NCBI GenBank assembly: GCA_018971185.1 | Contig: JAGXBH010000003.1 | Coordinates: 10,815 to 74,814, forward strand | Length of the DNA: 64,000 nucleotides | Source of the DNA: Acidobacteriota bacterium | Lineage (GTDB): Bacteria; Actinomycetota; Acidimicrobiia; Acidimicrobiales; RAAP-2 | Direction: 5' to 3' | The notes under the pieces: model-generated | The model's database searches: none | What the model was told of the DNA's origin: nothing | What the model saw: only the letters and a program-made list of their open reading frames with translations | Made by a program: the position numbers and the translations under genes | In this document: piece after piece, positions 29,083 through 40,381 of the stretch | Position numbering within the stretch: the stretch's first letter is position 1 | How the letters are laid out: every line of letters begins with the position of its first letter

Positions 29083-30242
29083 TGGCCCATGCCCACGCCC
29101 TGGGCGCGCTGGAGTTGCTTACCCTCGGTCTGCAGGGACGGCGCCAACATGATCTCGGCCTTCTGGAACTCCTTGAGCGTCTCGTACCCGCAGGTGGCCA
29201 TCGACGTGCGTAGCGCGCCGAAGAGGTTGAGGCGGCCGTCGTTCTCGTGCGCCGGCCCGACGAGTACCTCCTTCAAGGTGCCACGGACCTTGGTGCGCAC
29301 GCGCGTGCCGCGCGGCAACGTCGGGTGGAAGGTCGCCATGCCCCAGTGGAAGCCGTGCGCGGGTGCTTCGACCGCACTGGTCAGCGGCGAACCGATCATG
29401 ACCGCGTCGGCGCCGCAGGCGATGGCCTTGGCGATGTCGCCCCCCTTGGACATACCGCCGTCGGCGATGACGTGCACGTAGACGCCCGTCTCGTCGAGGT
29501 GGCGCATGCGCGCTCCCGCGACGTCGGCGATGGCCGTGGCCTGGGGCACGCCGATGCCGAGCACCGCGCGTGAGGTGCACGCGTTACCCGGACCCACGCC
29601 CACCAGCACGCCCGCGGCGCCGGTGCGCATCAGGTGCAGCGCCGCTTGGTAACTGGCGCACCCGCCCACGATGACCGGGAGCTCGAACTCGCGGATGAAT
29701 TTCTTGAGATTGAGCGGCTCCACCGTCTTCGACACGTGCTCCGCCGACACGACCGTGCCCTGGATCACGAGGATGTCGAGACCGGCGTCGAGGATGGTCT
29801 TGGCCATCCAGTCGGTCTTCTGGGGGGTCACCGACGCCGACGTGGTGATGCCCGCGGCCTTCATCTGGCGGATGCGCTCGGCCACCAGTTCGAGCTTGAC
29901 GGGCTCCAGGTACATCTGCTGCATCCGGGCGGTCGCCTTGTCGTCGTCGAGCGTCTGGATCTCGTCGAAGAGCGGTGTCGGGTCCTCGTAGCGGGTCCAG
30001 AGTCCCTCGAGATTGAGGACGCCCAGTCCGCCGAGGCGCCCCAGCTCGATGGCGGTCGTCGGTGAGATGGCCCCGTCCATGGCCGAGCCCAGCACCGGCA
30101 GTTCGAACTTGTAGGCGTCGATCTGCCACGAGATGTCCACGTCCTCGGGGTCACGGGTGCGCCGCGAGGGAACGATCGCGATGTCGTCGAAGCCGTAGGC
30201 CTGACGAGCCGATTTGAAGATACCGATTTCTACTTCCGCCAT
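29079..30242 (-). CDS. guaB3: GuaB3 family IMP dehydrogenase-related protein
   Basis: [38 protein letters not shown]; no CBS domains. Confidence 0.92.
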   Translation of the reverse strand: MAEVEIGIFKSARQAYGFDDIAIVPSRRTRDPEDVDISWQIDAYKFELPVLGSAMDGAISPTTAIELGRLGGLGVLNLEGLWTRYEDPTPLFDEIQTLDDDKATARMQQMYLEPVKLELVAERIRQMKAAGITTSASVTPQKTDWMAKTILDAGLDILVIQGTVVSAEHVSKTVEPLNLKKFIREFELPVIVGGCASYQAALHLMRTGAAGVLVGVGPGNACTSRAVLGIGVPQATAIADVAGARMRHLDETGVYVHVIADGGMSKGGDIAKAIACGADAVMIGSPLTSAVEAPAHGFHWGMATFHPTLPRGTRVRTKVRGTLKEVLVGPAHENDGRLNLFGALRTSMATCGYETLKEFQKAEIMLAPSLQTEGKQLQRAQGVGMGH

Positions 30243-30379
30243 GGCGACCTCCGGGTGGAACCGCGCTCCGAGCTGAACGTGATTCCCTCCAATCTACCGG
30301 ACGCCGTTGGCCTCTCCGCCACGTCGTCACCTCTGGTCGCCCGCGTGCCGCGACGGCGAGACACTCCCGGCGGGCGGGA

Positions 30380-30409
30380 TTGACAGGTAACTATTTGGTT
30401 ACCTATAGT
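30380..30409 (+). promoter_or_regulatory. Sigma-A promoter with ArsR-type palindromic operator
   Basis: TTGACA(30380)-18 nt-TATAGT(30404). Inverted repeat AGGTAAC-N6-GTTACCT at 30385-30404. Confidence 0.8.
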
Positions 30410-30417
30410 GGCGACCG

Positions 30418-30735
30418 ATGGACGACAACCTGGTGTTCAGAGCCCTCGCCGATCCCACCCGACGACTGCTCCTCGATCTGCTCTTCGAGCGCGACGCCAG
30501 GTCGCTCAGTGATCTCGAGTCACACGTCGAGATGACGCGCATCGGAGTCATGAAGCACCTTCGACTCTTGGAGGCAGCGGGGCTCGTCGTCACCCGCCGA
30601 TTCGGCCGCGAGAAGCGCCATTACCTCAATCCCGTGCCGATTCGACTGATCCACGACCGCTGGATCGACAAGTACACCGAGCGTCGCGTCGCGGCGCTTG
30701 TCAACCTGAAGAAGACATTGGAGACCACGAAATGA
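30418..30735 (+). CDS. ArsR/SmtB family transcriptional regulator
   Basis: VFRALADPTRR, GVMKHL, GREKRHYLNPVPI. Confidence 0.92.
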   Translation: MDDNLVFRALADPTRRLLLDLLFERDARSLSDLESHVEMTRIGVMKHLRLLEAAGLVVTRRFGREKRHYLNPVPIRLIHDRWIDKYTERRVAALVNLKKTLETTK

Positions 30736-31244
30736 CAGATGCCCGACCCGAGGAGATCCAGATCTACCGCGTGTACATCAACGCGACGCCCGAAGCCATC
30801 TGGGAGGCCCTGACGTCGCCCGACTGGACGGTGCGTTACGGCTACGCGCCACTCGTGGAGTACGAGCTGCGCGCGGGAGGGGCCTTTCGGGCCTACGCCA
30901 ACGAGGGGATGAAGGAGTTGGGATGCCCCGACGTGATCAGCGACGGCGAAGTGATCGAAGCCGACCCGCCCCACCGGCTCGTGCAGACCTGGCGCATGAC
31001 GATGACCCCCGAACTGGCCGCCGAGGGCTTCACCACCCTCACCTGCGAGATCGTCCCCGTGCGCGGCGGCGTCTCGCGGCTCACCGTGACCCACGACGTG
31101 TCGAACGCGCCCCTGTGGGCCTTCGTGACCCGCGGCGATGGCGAGTCCGCCGGAGCGGGCGGCGGCTGGAACGAGATCCTCAGCGGACTCAAGACACTCC
31201 TGGAGACCGGCGTGCCGCTCGCGTTCCAGAGCGGCCCCCAGTAG
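30732..31244 (+). CDS. SRPBCC (START/AHSA1-like) domain protein
   Basis: YINATPEAIWEALT, GEVIEADPP, GGWNEILSGLKTLLETG. Confidence 0.9.
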   Translation: MTDARPEEIQIYRVYINATPEAIWEALTSPDWTVRYGYAPLVEYELRAGGAFRAYANEGMKELGCPDVISDGEVIEADPPHRLVQTWRMTMTPELAAEGFTTLTCEIVPVRGGVSRLTVTHDVSNAPLWAFVTRGDGESAGAGGGWNEILSGLKTLLETGVPLAFQSGPQ

Positions 31245-31359
31245 GCCGTCGTCGAGCGCGCACCCGGCCCCTCGAGGGTCCCATGGCGACGGCCTAGACT
31301 GGTGTGGCGCGTCGAGATCGACGCCCCTCGCCGGACCCCAATTCTTAGGAGCCCCCACC

Positions 31360-33483
31360 GTGAAATCCCTCGCGCGTTTCAGCGTACGACGCCGCTGGCT
31401 CGTACTGGTCATCTGGATCGTCCTCATCGTCGGCGTCAACGCCGCCGCCCAGGCCGCCGGCAGTGCCTACTCGAACTCCTTCAGCCTGCCCGGCACCGAT
31501 TCCACCCACGCCCTGCATCTGCTCGAGGTGGGCTTCCCCCACGCGTCGGGCGACTCCGACCAGATCGTCTTTCACTCGAGCAACGGAGCGCTACGCGCCG
31601 ACGCGGCCGCCATCACCCCCGTCCTCAGCGACGTGAAGAGCCTGAGCGCGGTGGGCAGCGTCTCACCCGTCCAGTACTCCACCACGGACCCCGCCATCGG
31701 CTACGTGACCGTGACCTTCACGAAGCAGGCCAACCTGCTCACCACCAAGGAGATCCAGAACGTGGTCGACGTCGCGAGCAAGCTCCGCTCGTCGACGTTG
31801 CAGGTCGACTTCGGCGGTAACGCCTTCGGACAGTTGTCGTCGCCCAAGGGCTCGCCCGGCGAAGGGGTCGGACTGCTCCTGACCGCGGTGGTGCTCTTCC
31901 TGGCCTTCGGCTCCCTCTGGGCGATGCTGTTGCCCCTGGGCGTGGCGCTCTTCGCGATCGGCATCGCCTCCGGGGCGACCACGCTCCTGAGCCACGGGCT
32001 CTCCATCGCCCAGTTCGCCCCGATCCTGGGCTCACTCATCGGACTGGGCGTGGGCATCGACTACGCGCTCTTCATCGTCACCCGGGCCCGACAGAACCTG
32101 CGCCAGGGCATGAGCGTGGAGGACGCCATCGTGACCGCGGTGAACACGTCGGGGCGCGCGGTGCTCTTCGCCGGGGCCACCGTCTGCGTGGCGCTACTGG
32201 GCATGCTGGTTCTCGGGTTCTCGTTCCTCGACGGCCTGGGCGTCGCCGCCTCGGTCACGGTGTTGATCACCATGCTCGCCGCGTTGACCCTCCTCCCCTC
32301 GTTGCTCGCTTTCCAGAAGCACCGGGTGCTGAGCCGCCGCGAACGGCGTCGCCTGGCCAACGAGGGACCCGAGGCCGCACTGGTCGAGGGTGGCTGGCAG
32401 CGCTGGGCGCTCTACGTGAGCCGTCACCCGCGCTCGCTCTCGCTGGGGTCGCTCGTCGTGATCGTGCTCATCGCCCTGCCGATCTTCACGCTCAACCTCG
32501 GCATCTCGGACCAGGGGTCGGACCCGGCGGGATCGACGACGCGCGTCGCCTACGACTACCTGGCCCAGGGTTTCGGGCCGGGCTCCAACGGCCCGTTGCT
32601 CGTCGTGGGTGACGTGCGCACCAGCGCCGACGTGGCCACGATGACGTCACTCGCGCAGTCCCTGCGCAGCGCGCCCGACGTGGCCTCGGTCGGTCCGGTC
32701 ACGCTCAACCCGGCCAAGACCGTGGCCCTGGTCACCGTCATCTCCAAGTCGAGTCCCCAGTCGCGGACCACCACCTCGCTGATCGACGCCATCCGTTCCC
32801 AGTACGTGCCGCGGGCCACGGCCACGACGCACACCGCCATCTACGTCGGGGGGTCGCGCGCGCTGTCCGATGACTTCTCCAACATCCTCGACTCCAAGAT
32901 CCCGCTCTTCTTGGTGGTCATCGTCCTCCTGGGCTGCCTGCTGCTCATGGTGGCGTTCCGCTCCGTGGTCATCCCCCTCGTGGCGGCCCTGATGAACCTG
33001 CTCGCCGTGGGGGCATCGTTCGGACTCGTCGTCGCGGTCTTCCAGTGGGGCTGGGGCAGTCAGCTGATCGGCTCGGGCTCGGGTCCCATCGAGTCCTATC
33101 TCCCGATCATCATGATCGCGATCCTCTTCGGACTCTCGATGGACTACCAGGTGTTCCTGGTGTCGCGCATGCACGAGGAGTGGGTCAACACCGGGGACAA
33201 CGAGATGTCGATCATCCACGGCCAGGCCAACACCGGCCGCGTCATCACGGCGGCGGCACTCATCATGATCTCGGTGTTCTTCTCCTTCGCCTTCGGCGGT
33301 CAGCGCATCATCGCCGAGTTCGGTATCGGGCTCGGCGGGGCGGTGCTGCTCGACGCCTTCATCCTGCGCACCATCCTCGTGCCCTCGTTGATGCACTACC
33401 TCGGTCGTGCCAACTGGTGGATGCCCTCGTGGCTCGACCGGGTGGTCCCCCACGTCGCCGTGGAGGCGGGCGAGGAGGCTTAA
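31360..33483 (+). CDS. MMPL family RND-type transporter
   Basis: GIDYALF and SMDYQVF Asp-Tyr pairs, GFGPGSNGP, NWWMPSWL; AGGAG before GTG 31360. Confidence 0.92.
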   Translation: MKSLARFSVRRRWLVLVIWIVLIVGVNAAAQAAGSAYSNSFSLPGTDSTHALHLLEVGFPHASGDSDQIVFHSSNGALRADAAAITPVLSDVKSLSAVGSVSPVQYSTTDPAIGYVTVTFTKQANLLTTKEIQNVVDVASKLRSSTLQVDFGGNAFGQLSSPKGSPGEGVGLLLTAVVLFLAFGSLWAMLLPLGVALFAIGIASGATTLLSHGLSIAQFAPILGSLIGLGVGIDYALFIVTRARQNLRQGMSVEDAIVTAVNTSGRAVLFAGATVCVALLGMLVLGFSFLDGLGVAASVTVLITMLAALTLLPSLLAFQKHRVLSRRERRRLANEGPEAALVEGGWQRWALYVSRHPRSLSLGSLVVIVLIALPIFTLNLGISDQGSDPAGSTTRVAYDYLAQGFGPGSNGPLLVVGDVRTSADVATMTSLAQSLRSAPDVASVGPVTLNPAKTVALVTVISKSSPQSRTTTSLIDAIRSQYVPRATATTHTAIYVGGSRALSDDFSNILDSKIPLFLVVIVLLGCLLLMVAFRSVVIPLVAALMNLLAVGASFGLVVAVFQWGWGSQLIGSGSGPIESYLPIIMIAILFGLSMDYQVFLVSRMHEEWVNTGDNEMSIIHGQANTGRVITAAALIMISVFFSFAFGGQRIIAEFGIGLGGAVLLDAFILRTILVPSLMHYLGRANWWMPSWLDRVVPHVAVEAGEEA

Positions 33484-33520
33484 GCGCCGGCGCCGGCGCC
33501 GTGGGCGACACGCCCTCGAT

Positions 33521-34366
33521 TCACGACGACGAACGAGGGGCCAGCGCCATCACGCACACGTAGTGGCGGATCAGCTCACCCGCGAAGCGCTCGTCGGCCA
33601 GCGCCGCCATCCGCGCGAAGAGCTCGTCGCGTCGGGCGCCGTCCATCACCACGAAGCGCGAGTACGTCGCGAGCAGGCCGAGGGCCTCGGCCGTCGAGTA
33701 CGACCTCGACCACGGGTAGAGATGCACGTCGGGCGCGCCGAAGAGGTCGCCGGCGACGATGTCGGACCCCTGGGGCGAGACCGCCTCCCAGAGGGACCCG
33801 ACGTCGTGGGCGTGGGCCGTGACGATGTCACCCAACTCGTCGGGCGTCGGGGAAGGACGCTCCTCGTCGACCCCGTACTCCTCGCGGAGTCGCGCCGTCG
33901 CCTCGTAGAACTCGTGGAAGCTCCCCCGGGCCACGGCGCGATTCCCCGCCAGCGCGAGATACCCGCCGTCGTCCACCACCTCGGCGGCCTTCACCCAGCG
34001 CACCTCGGGCGCCACCCAGTGGTACGCGGCGGCGGAGAACAGGAGGTCGAAACGACGCCCGCGCGGGTCCCACTCGTCGAAGGTCGCGACCTCGACGGCG
34101 AAGCGCTCGGCGGCGAACTTCTCGCGCGCGACCCGCGCCAACTGCGCCCCGGGGTCCACCGCGAGCACCGACCACCCGCGCGCCATCATCGACTCGGTCG
34201 CGACCCCGGGGCCACAGCCGACCTCGAGGATCCGCGAGTGCTCGTCCAGCCCGACCGCCTCGCCCAGGTCGTCGAAGAGCGCCGACGGATACCGCGGCCG
34301 GAAGCGGTCATAACCCTCGGCCACGCCATCGAAACTGCGACCGCGGGTGAGGTTGCGCCGGACCAT
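33521..34366 (-). CDS. Class I SAM-dependent methyltransferase
   Basis: YDRFRPRYP, LEVGCGPG, AYHW. Confidence 0.88.
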   Translation of the reverse strand: MVRRNLTRGRSFDGVAEGYDRFRPRYPSALFDDLGEAVGLDEHSRILEVGCGPGVATESMMARGWSVLAVDPGAQLARVAREKFAAERFAVEVATFDEWDPRGRRFDLLFSAAAYHWVAPEVRWVKAAEVVDDGGYLALAGNRAVARGSFHEFYEATARLREEYGVDEERPSPTPDELGDIVTAHAHDVGSLWEAVSPQGSDIVAGDLFGAPDVHLYPWSRSYSTAEALGLLATYSRFVVMDGARRDELFARMAALADERFAGELIRHYVCVMALAPRSSS

Positions 34367-34414
34367 GCCACGAGTCTCTCAGGCGCCGAGGGGTACGGAT
34401 CACCCGCCCAGATG

Positions 34415-34440
34415 AAAAAACCGGGCCCGAAGGCCCGGTT
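34415..34440 (-). terminator. Intrinsic terminator of groESL
   Basis: Minus strand AACCGGGCC-TTCG-GGCCCGGTT followed by a T-run (cUUCGg loop), ~25 nt after the groEL stop. Confidence 0.88.
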
Positions 34441-34465
34441 TCTCCAACATCGCGTGAACGATGCG

Positions 34466-36106
<1,641 letters not shown>

Positions 36107-36400
36107 CTACTTGGTGATCGTGGCGAGCACGTCACGACTCGAGAGGATCAAGAGGTCCTCGCCGTCCACGGTGATCTCGGTGCCGCCGTACTTGGAGTAC
36201 ACGACGGTGTCGCCCACGCTCACGCCGGTGGTGATCAGCTCGCCGGTCGACTCCGCGCGACGGCCGGGCCCCGTCGCCAAGACCTCACCCTGCTGCGGCT
36301 TCTCCTTGGCGGTGTCGGGGATGACCAGACCCGACGCGGTGGTCGCCTCCGCGCTGTTGGGACGGACCACGATGCGGTCTTCTAGTGGGTGCAGTTTCAT
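36107..36400 (-). CDS. groS: Co-chaperonin GroES
   Basis: [24 protein letters not shown]; AGGAGG upstream. Confidence 0.97.
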   Translation of the reverse strand: MKLHPLEDRIVVRPNSAEATTASGLVIPDTAKEKPQQGEVLATGPGRRAESTGELITTGVSVGDTVVYSKYGGTEITVDGEDLLILSSRDVLATITK

Positions 36401-36420
36401 TGGCATTGCCTCCTGTTTGG

Positions 36421-36475
36421 TTAGCACTCAAACGTTGTGACTGCCAATTTAGCAGACTCAACCTACGAGTGCCAA
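36421..36475. promoter_or_regulatory. Two tandem CIRCE (HrcA) operators
   Basis: TTAGCACTC-N9-GACTGCCAA (36421-36447) and TTAGCAGAC-N9-GAGTGCCAA (36449-36475) versus consensus TTAGCACTC-N9-GAGTGCTAA. Confidence 0.9.
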
Positions 36476-36558
36476 CGCCCCGCGACGCACAGCGGCGCCC
36501 TCTCGGCCGTGTCACCCCCGCGGCCGTCACTCTCGCGCCGGGGCGCCGAGGAGCCCGG

Positions 36559-37170
36559 TCAGGGCGAGAGTCGTTCGCGTCGCCACCCGTCGCCACTGAC
36601 CAGGTAGGCCACCCGGTCGTGCAGCCGGTCGCGTCGATGTTGCCAGAACTCGAAGTACTCCGGGGTGAGCACGAACCCGCCCCAGTTCTCGGGGCGTACC
36701 ACGTCAACGCCCTCGAAATCGGCCGCGACCTCGGCGAGGCGCCCCTCGAGCTCGGCACGGCTCTGCAGGGTCGCGCTCTGGCGACTGGCGTGCGCGCCGA
36801 TCTGGTGGCCTCGGGGACGAGCGGCGAAGTACGCGTCGGAGGCGACCGGGTCCATACGGCGCACCCGGCCCTCGATGCGGATCTGGCGACCGAGGGGTTC
36901 GCAGTACCAGAGCAGGGCGGCGTGGGGGTTCTCCTCGAGCTCTCGACCCTTGCGCGAGTCGTAGTTGGAGAACCAGCCGAAACCGTCGTCGCCCACGTGG
37001 CGCAGCAGCACCATGCGCGCGCTCGGGCGCGCCGCGAGCGAGGCGGTGACCAGCGCGATCGCCTCGCGCTCACGCATCTCGGGAAGGGCCTCGTCGAACC
37101 ACCGGCGAAACTGCGCGACCGGGTCCGCATCGGTGTCCGCCACGTCGAGCGGCACCCATCGCTCGCTCAC
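36559..37170 (-). CDS. pdxH: Pyridoxamine 5'-phosphate oxidase
   Basis: PSARMVLL, SRKG, RQIRIEG, ASRQS, EFWQ...RLHDR; GTGA overlap with tsaD. Confidence 0.92.
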   Translation of the reverse strand: MSERWVPLDVADTDADPVAQFRRWFDEALPEMREREAIALVTASLAARPSARMVLLRHVGDDGFGWFSNYDSRKGRELEENPHAALLWYCEPLGRQIRIEGRVRRMDPVASDAYFAARPRGHQIGAHASRQSATLQSRAELEGRLAEVAADFEGVDVVRPENWGGFVLTPEYFEFWQHRRDRLHDRVAYLVSGDGWRRERLSP

Positions 37171-38189
37171 GACACCTCGCTCAGGGACCAGTTGGGGCGC
37201 GCCGAGAGCGAGAGGTCGCTCGGGCCGTCGTGGGCGAAGCGGTGGAGCCCGGCGGCGCCGATCATGGCGGCGTTGTCGGTGCACATCGCCAGGCTCGGCA
37301 GGAGACTGGGGATCGCGAACTCGTCGGCCAATGCCTCGACGCCTCGGCGTAGCGCGGAGTTCGCCGCCACCCCACCCGCGAGGGCGACACCTCGGACCTC
37401 GCCGTACGCCTCGAGGACGCGGCGCAGCTTGCGCAGCAGCTGCTCGGCGACGGCGTCCTGGAACGACGCCGCCACGTCGGCCAGAGCCACCTCGGGATGC
37501 TTCTCGGTCGCGCGGACCACCGCGGTCTTGAGCCCCGAGAACGAGAGGTCGAAGTCGTCACCGGTCATCGAGACGGGAAGCTTCAACGCGCCCCCCGTGC
37601 CCTGGCGTGCGAGCCGGTCGATCTCGGGACCGCCGGGATAGGCCAGACCCAACCACCTCGCGACCTTGTCGTACGCCTCGCCGGCGGCGTCGTCGATGGT
37701 CTCGCCGACGACCACGTGCTCACCGGGGCCGCGCTGCACCACGATCATCGAGTGCCCGCCCGACACCAGGAGCGTCACGATGGGCCACTGCAGATCGGGC
37801 CGCTCGAGCAGGGGTGCGAACAAGTGGCCCTCGAGGTGATTCACGCCGACGAAGGGCACGTCCCAGGCGAGCGAGTAGGCCTTGGCCGCCGACAATCCGA
37901 TGAGGAGGGAGCCCACGAGCCCGGGACCCGCGGTGACCGCCACGACGTCGATGGCCGGGGCCCGCGGGTCGAGTCCGGCGTCGTCCAGGGCACGACGCAC
38001 GACCGGGCCCACCGTCGTGAGATGCGCCCGACCCGCCAGTTCGGGTACGACCCCGCCGAACTCACGGTGTTGATCGATCGAGGACTCGATGACCGAGGAG
38101 CGGACCCGCCAGGTGGCGTCGACCACCGCCGCGGCGGTGTCGTCGCAACTGGTCTCGATCGCGAGCGCCACGCCCGTTGCCATTGCCAT
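37167..38189 (-). CDS. tsaD: tRNA t6A threonylcarbamoyltransferase TsaD
   Basis: IETSCDDT, GGVVPE, HLEGH, VSGGH, TDNAAMI. Confidence 0.96.
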   Translation of the reverse strand: MAMATGVALAIETSCDDTAAAVVDATWRVRSSVIESSIDQHREFGGVVPELAGRAHLTTVGPVVRRALDDAGLDPRAPAIDVVAVTAGPGLVGSLLIGLSAAKAYSLAWDVPFVGVNHLEGHLFAPLLERPDLQWPIVTLLVSGGHSMIVVQRGPGEHVVVGETIDDAAGEAYDKVARWLGLAYPGGPEIDRLARQGTGGALKLPVSMTGDDFDLSFSGLKTAVVRATEKHPEVALADVAASFQDAVAEQLLRKLRRVLEAYGEVRGVALAGGVAANSALRRGVEALADEFAIPSLLPSLAMCTDNAAMIGAAGLHRFAHDGPSDLSLSARPNWSLSEVS

Positions 38190-38193
38190 GCCC

Positions 38194-38685
38194 TCAGCCT
38201 AGGGAGCCGCTGCGGGGGGCGGGCGGGATGTCGGCCCAGAGGATCAGGGCGTCCTCGTGGGTGCGCTCGTAGTAGTTCTTGCGCACCCCGACCGGCGCGA
38301 AGCCGTAGCGGTAGTACAGGGCGATCGCGCGGCTGTTGGAGACCGCCACTTCCAAGGTGGCGCGCGCCACCCCGCGCGCGCGGGCCTGCGCCCAGGCGTC
38401 GTCGAGCAGCGACGAGGCCACCCCGCGCCCCTCGTGACCGGGTCGCGTCCCGATGGTGTTGACGTGCAGTTCGTCGCTCAGGACGAACATCACACCCAAG
38501 TAACCGATGATCACCCCGCGCTCCTCGGCGACGGTGTAGCGCCGACTCTCGGTGTTGGCGATCTCATCGAGCAGCATCGACCTGGTCCAGGGCTCGGGGA
38601 ACTGGTCGTTCTCGATCTCGAGCAGATCGAGAACGTCACGGCGCTCGGCGCGTCGGATGCGCCAGTCGGGCGTCGTCGACGTCAC
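38194..38685 (-). CDS. rimI: Ribosomal protein alanine N-acetyltransferase
   Basis: GNAT motifs, TLEVAVSN, RKNYY, EDAL; position between tsaB and tsaD. Confidence 0.9.
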   Translation of the reverse strand: MTSTTPDWRIRRAERRDVLDLLEIENDQFPEPWTRSMLLDEIANTESRRYTVAEERGVIIGYLGVMFVLSDELHVNTIGTRPGHEGRGVASSLLDDAWAQARARGVARATLEVAVSNSRAIALYYRYGFAPVGVRKNYYERTHEDALILWADIPPAPRSGSLG

Positions 38686-39359
38686 GGGCGCACGCGCGTG
38701 GTGAAGTTGGCGACGGCGTCGGCGTCGCGCAAGTACAGCGGTTCGACGCGCGCGACGGGGGGCCGGGTCGCACCCAGCGACAGCGACGCGGCGACCGAGG
38801 GCACCGTCTGGTGGTCCACCACGCCGCGCGCGACCGCGGCGAAATCGCCGAGGTAGCGTTCGACACCGTCGCCGGTGAACGTCACGGGCTCGTCGCGGCC
38901 GACCCACTTGGCGGCGACGTCGTGGGCACGCGCCACGGAGGGCTCGTCGACGGGCGTGACGGCCTCGTCGAGCGCGAACGTTTGGACGAAGACCTCGCCC
39001 CGGCGACCGTCGACGGCGCAGACGAGCGTGCCGCGGGTCCCGGAGTCGTGGCTGGCGTGGGCGAAGAGCTCGAGGGACGTCACCCCCACGAGAGGGCACC
39101 CGGTCGCCTCGCTCAGGCCCAGCGCGGTGGCCAGGCCGACGCGCAGGCCGGTGAAGAGTCCGGGTCCGCGGTCGACGACCACCCGGTCGAGGTCACGCGC
39201 GCGTAGCCGCGCCTCGCGCAGCAGGCGCGAGATCGACGCCGCGAGGACCTCGGTGTGACGACGGTCCTCGTCGACCACCCAGCCCACCTCGAAGCCGTCG
39301 TCGCTGCGCAGACCCAGGGCGCACGCCGTCGTCGCCGTCTCGATGGCCAGGATGTTCAT
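38682..39359 (-). CDS. tsaB: tRNA t6A biosynthesis protein TsaB
   Basis: [31 protein letters not shown]. Confidence 0.93.
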   Translation of the reverse strand: MNILAIETATTACALGLRSDDGFEVGWVVDEDRRHTEVLAASISRLLREARLRARDLDRVVVDRGPGLFTGLRVGLATALGLSEATGCPLVGVTSLELFAHASHDSGTRGTLVCAVDGRRGEVFVQTFALDEAVTPVDEPSVARAHDVAAKWVGRDEPVTFTGDGVERYLGDFAAVARGVVDHQTVPSVAASLSLGATRPPVARVEPLYLRDADAVANFTTRVRP

Positions 39360-39841
39360 CAATCGCTCCAGCGCGCCAACGCACTCGCTCGCGCCGCGTC
39401 GATGGCGCCCCCCACCACGATGCGTCTCGTCTCCTCGTCGCCCTCGTCGAGCACGAAGTCCAGGGTGAGGACTTCGCGGCCGAAGACCGCCGCGGCCAAC
39501 TCGCCCCACTCCACCAACGCCACGGCGTCCTCCTCCACCAACTCCCCCAGGTCCAGGTCGCGCACCTCGGCGATCGAGTCCACCCGGTAGACGTCGGCGT
39601 GGTGCAGGGTCGCGATCCCCTGGTCGTTGTGTGCCGCGTGCTGTCGCACCATCGTGAACGTCGGGCTGGTCACCCGCTCGACCACACCCAGCGCCCGCGC
39701 CACCCCCTTGACGAAGGTCGTCTTGCCCGCACCCAGGGGACCCGTGAGCAGCACCACGTCGCCGGGTCGCAACAGCGCGGCCAACGCCGCACCCGCCTCG
39801 ACGGTCGCCGCGTCGCTGGCGCACACCCGCTGGTACGCCAC
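39359..39841 (-). CDS. tsaE: tRNA t6A biosynthesis ATPase TsaE
   Basis: [22 protein letters not shown]. Confidence 0.94.
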   Translation of the reverse strand: MAYQRVCASDAATVEAGAALAALLRPGDVVLLTGPLGAGKTTFVKGVARALGVVERVTSPTFTMVRQHAAHNDQGIATLHHADVYRVDSIAEVRDLDLGELVEEDAVALVEWGELAAAVFGREVLTLDFVLDEGDEETRRIVVGGAIDAARASALARWSD

Positions 39842-40381
39842 TCAACCCTCCAGTGAGCGCAGGACTTGCAGATCTGCGCGCATCACGCCCACCACGTTAG
39901 GGCCTCCGCGCAGCGCCGCCGCCGGGTGATAGGTCGCCACACCCGCGACGCCCCCGCAGTGACCCACGCGCCCGTGCGTGCGCCCGATCCCCTGGGTGAA
40001 GCCGAAGACCGCCGCGGCCGCGACGTTGCCCACCGCCAGGATCCGGTCGGGAGCCAGGTACGCCAACTGGGCCTCGAGCCAGGGCCGGCACGCCGCCACC
40101 TCGGTCACGCGCGGGGTGCGATTCTGCGGCGGTCGACACTTGACGACATTGGTGATGAAGTACTGGTCACGCGCGAGACCGAGCTCCTCAGAGATGAGGC
40201 GCACCAACAGCTGTCCGCTGCGCCCGACGAACGGCTCCCCACCCTCGTCCTCCTGTCGTCCGGGCGCCTCGCCCACGACCATCAGACCCGGTGCTCGCGG
40301 TCCCGAGCCGATCACCACCCGGGTGCGCGATCGCGAGAGCGCGCACGCCTCGCAGTGGGGCAGCTCCGCCAGGTCGGGCAT
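39842..40381 (-). CDS. Uracil-DNA glycosylase family 4 ([4Fe-4S])
   Basis: CEAC, GEAPG, PFVG, KCRPP, YHPAA. Confidence 0.92.
   Translation of the reverse strand: MPDLAELPHCEACALSRSRTRVVIGSGPRAPGLMVVGEAPGRQEDEGGEPFVGRSGQLLVRLISEELGLARDQYFITNVVKCRPPQNRTPRVTEVAACRPWLEAQLAYLAPDRILAVGNVAAAAVFGFTQGIGRTHGRVGHCGGVAGVATYHPAAALRGGPNVVGVMRADLQVLRSLEG

Noticed and set aside
39842-40381. UDG within the alr-tsaE string as a possible defence gene
   Set aside because: Ordinary family-4 repair glycosylase with all motifs, coupled to housekeeping genes.
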